Positions 19,769-20,000 of a stretch of DNA of 20,000 nt are shown here, piece by piece. Under the pieces are notes generated by a model, which was not told the origin of the DNA, did no database searches, and saw only the letters and a program-made list of their open reading frames with translations. Numbering within the stretch: the stretch's first letter is position 1; the number at the start of each line of letters is the position of its first letter. Made by a program: the position numbers and the translations under genes. Origin of the DNA: Seison nebaliae (lineage: Eukaryota); assembly GCA_023231475.1 (NCBI GenBank), contig JALJEE010003220.1, positions 47,785-67,784 of the forward strand, given 5' to 3'.

Positions 19769-20000
19769 TTTCAAACGAAAAAAGTAACACTTCGTCGTTA
19801 CAGAATGTTGCAAAAAGGAAATATAATAATAGATAGAAGTTTGGAATTTATCAATATAGATCACAAATACTTACCAATTAAGGATATGGAAAATTTAAAA
19901 TTCTCAAAAATCGAGAAGATTTCACAAGAAGAAATCAATAACTGGTCCTTTAAATGGACAGAAGAAATAGCACCCAATAAATGGAAAATGCACAGTCTAA
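19769..20000 (+). other. Open frame running off the window end (ATG at 19805), unknown or possibly TE-derived protein
   Basis: FQTKKVTLRRYRMLQKGNIIIDRSLEFINIDHKYLPIKDMENLKFSKIEKISQEEINNWSFKWTEEIAPNKWKMHSL, 77 codons without a stop, starting at the LINE 5' boundary. Confidence 0.35.

Noticed and set aside
19364..19787. Plus-strand Arg-rich ORFs
   Set aside because: Antisense to the LINE ORF2 fragment.

Overview
Very AT-rich, gene-dense eukaryotic (metazoan-like) DNA with short 40-58 nt spliceosomal introns; the organism cannot be identified from the window. Host genes: the 3' end of an unknown gene, a secreted/membrane TSP1-repeat protein (1 intron), a GLIPR2/GAPR-1-like CAP protein, a compact EME1 (2 introns), an acidic orphan gene, a divergent UTP20 (about 2841 aa; one 8.1-kb exon plus two small 3' exons) and a small tail-anchored RING-H2 protein. 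The two larger intergenic blocks (about 5.7-8.4 kb and 17.3-20 kb) are mosaics of short, abutting transposon fragments with mostly open frames and no visible TIRs or TSDs. They contain three diverged copies of the same LINE ORF2 C-terminus, LINE linker pieces, a Tc1/Tc3 DD34E core, a MULE ORF with permuted domain order and a possible Polinton-type ATPase scrap. The inferred introns share an unusual A|GTT donor lacking the normal +3 purine and +5 G. All homologies were recognised by eye and need database confirmation.
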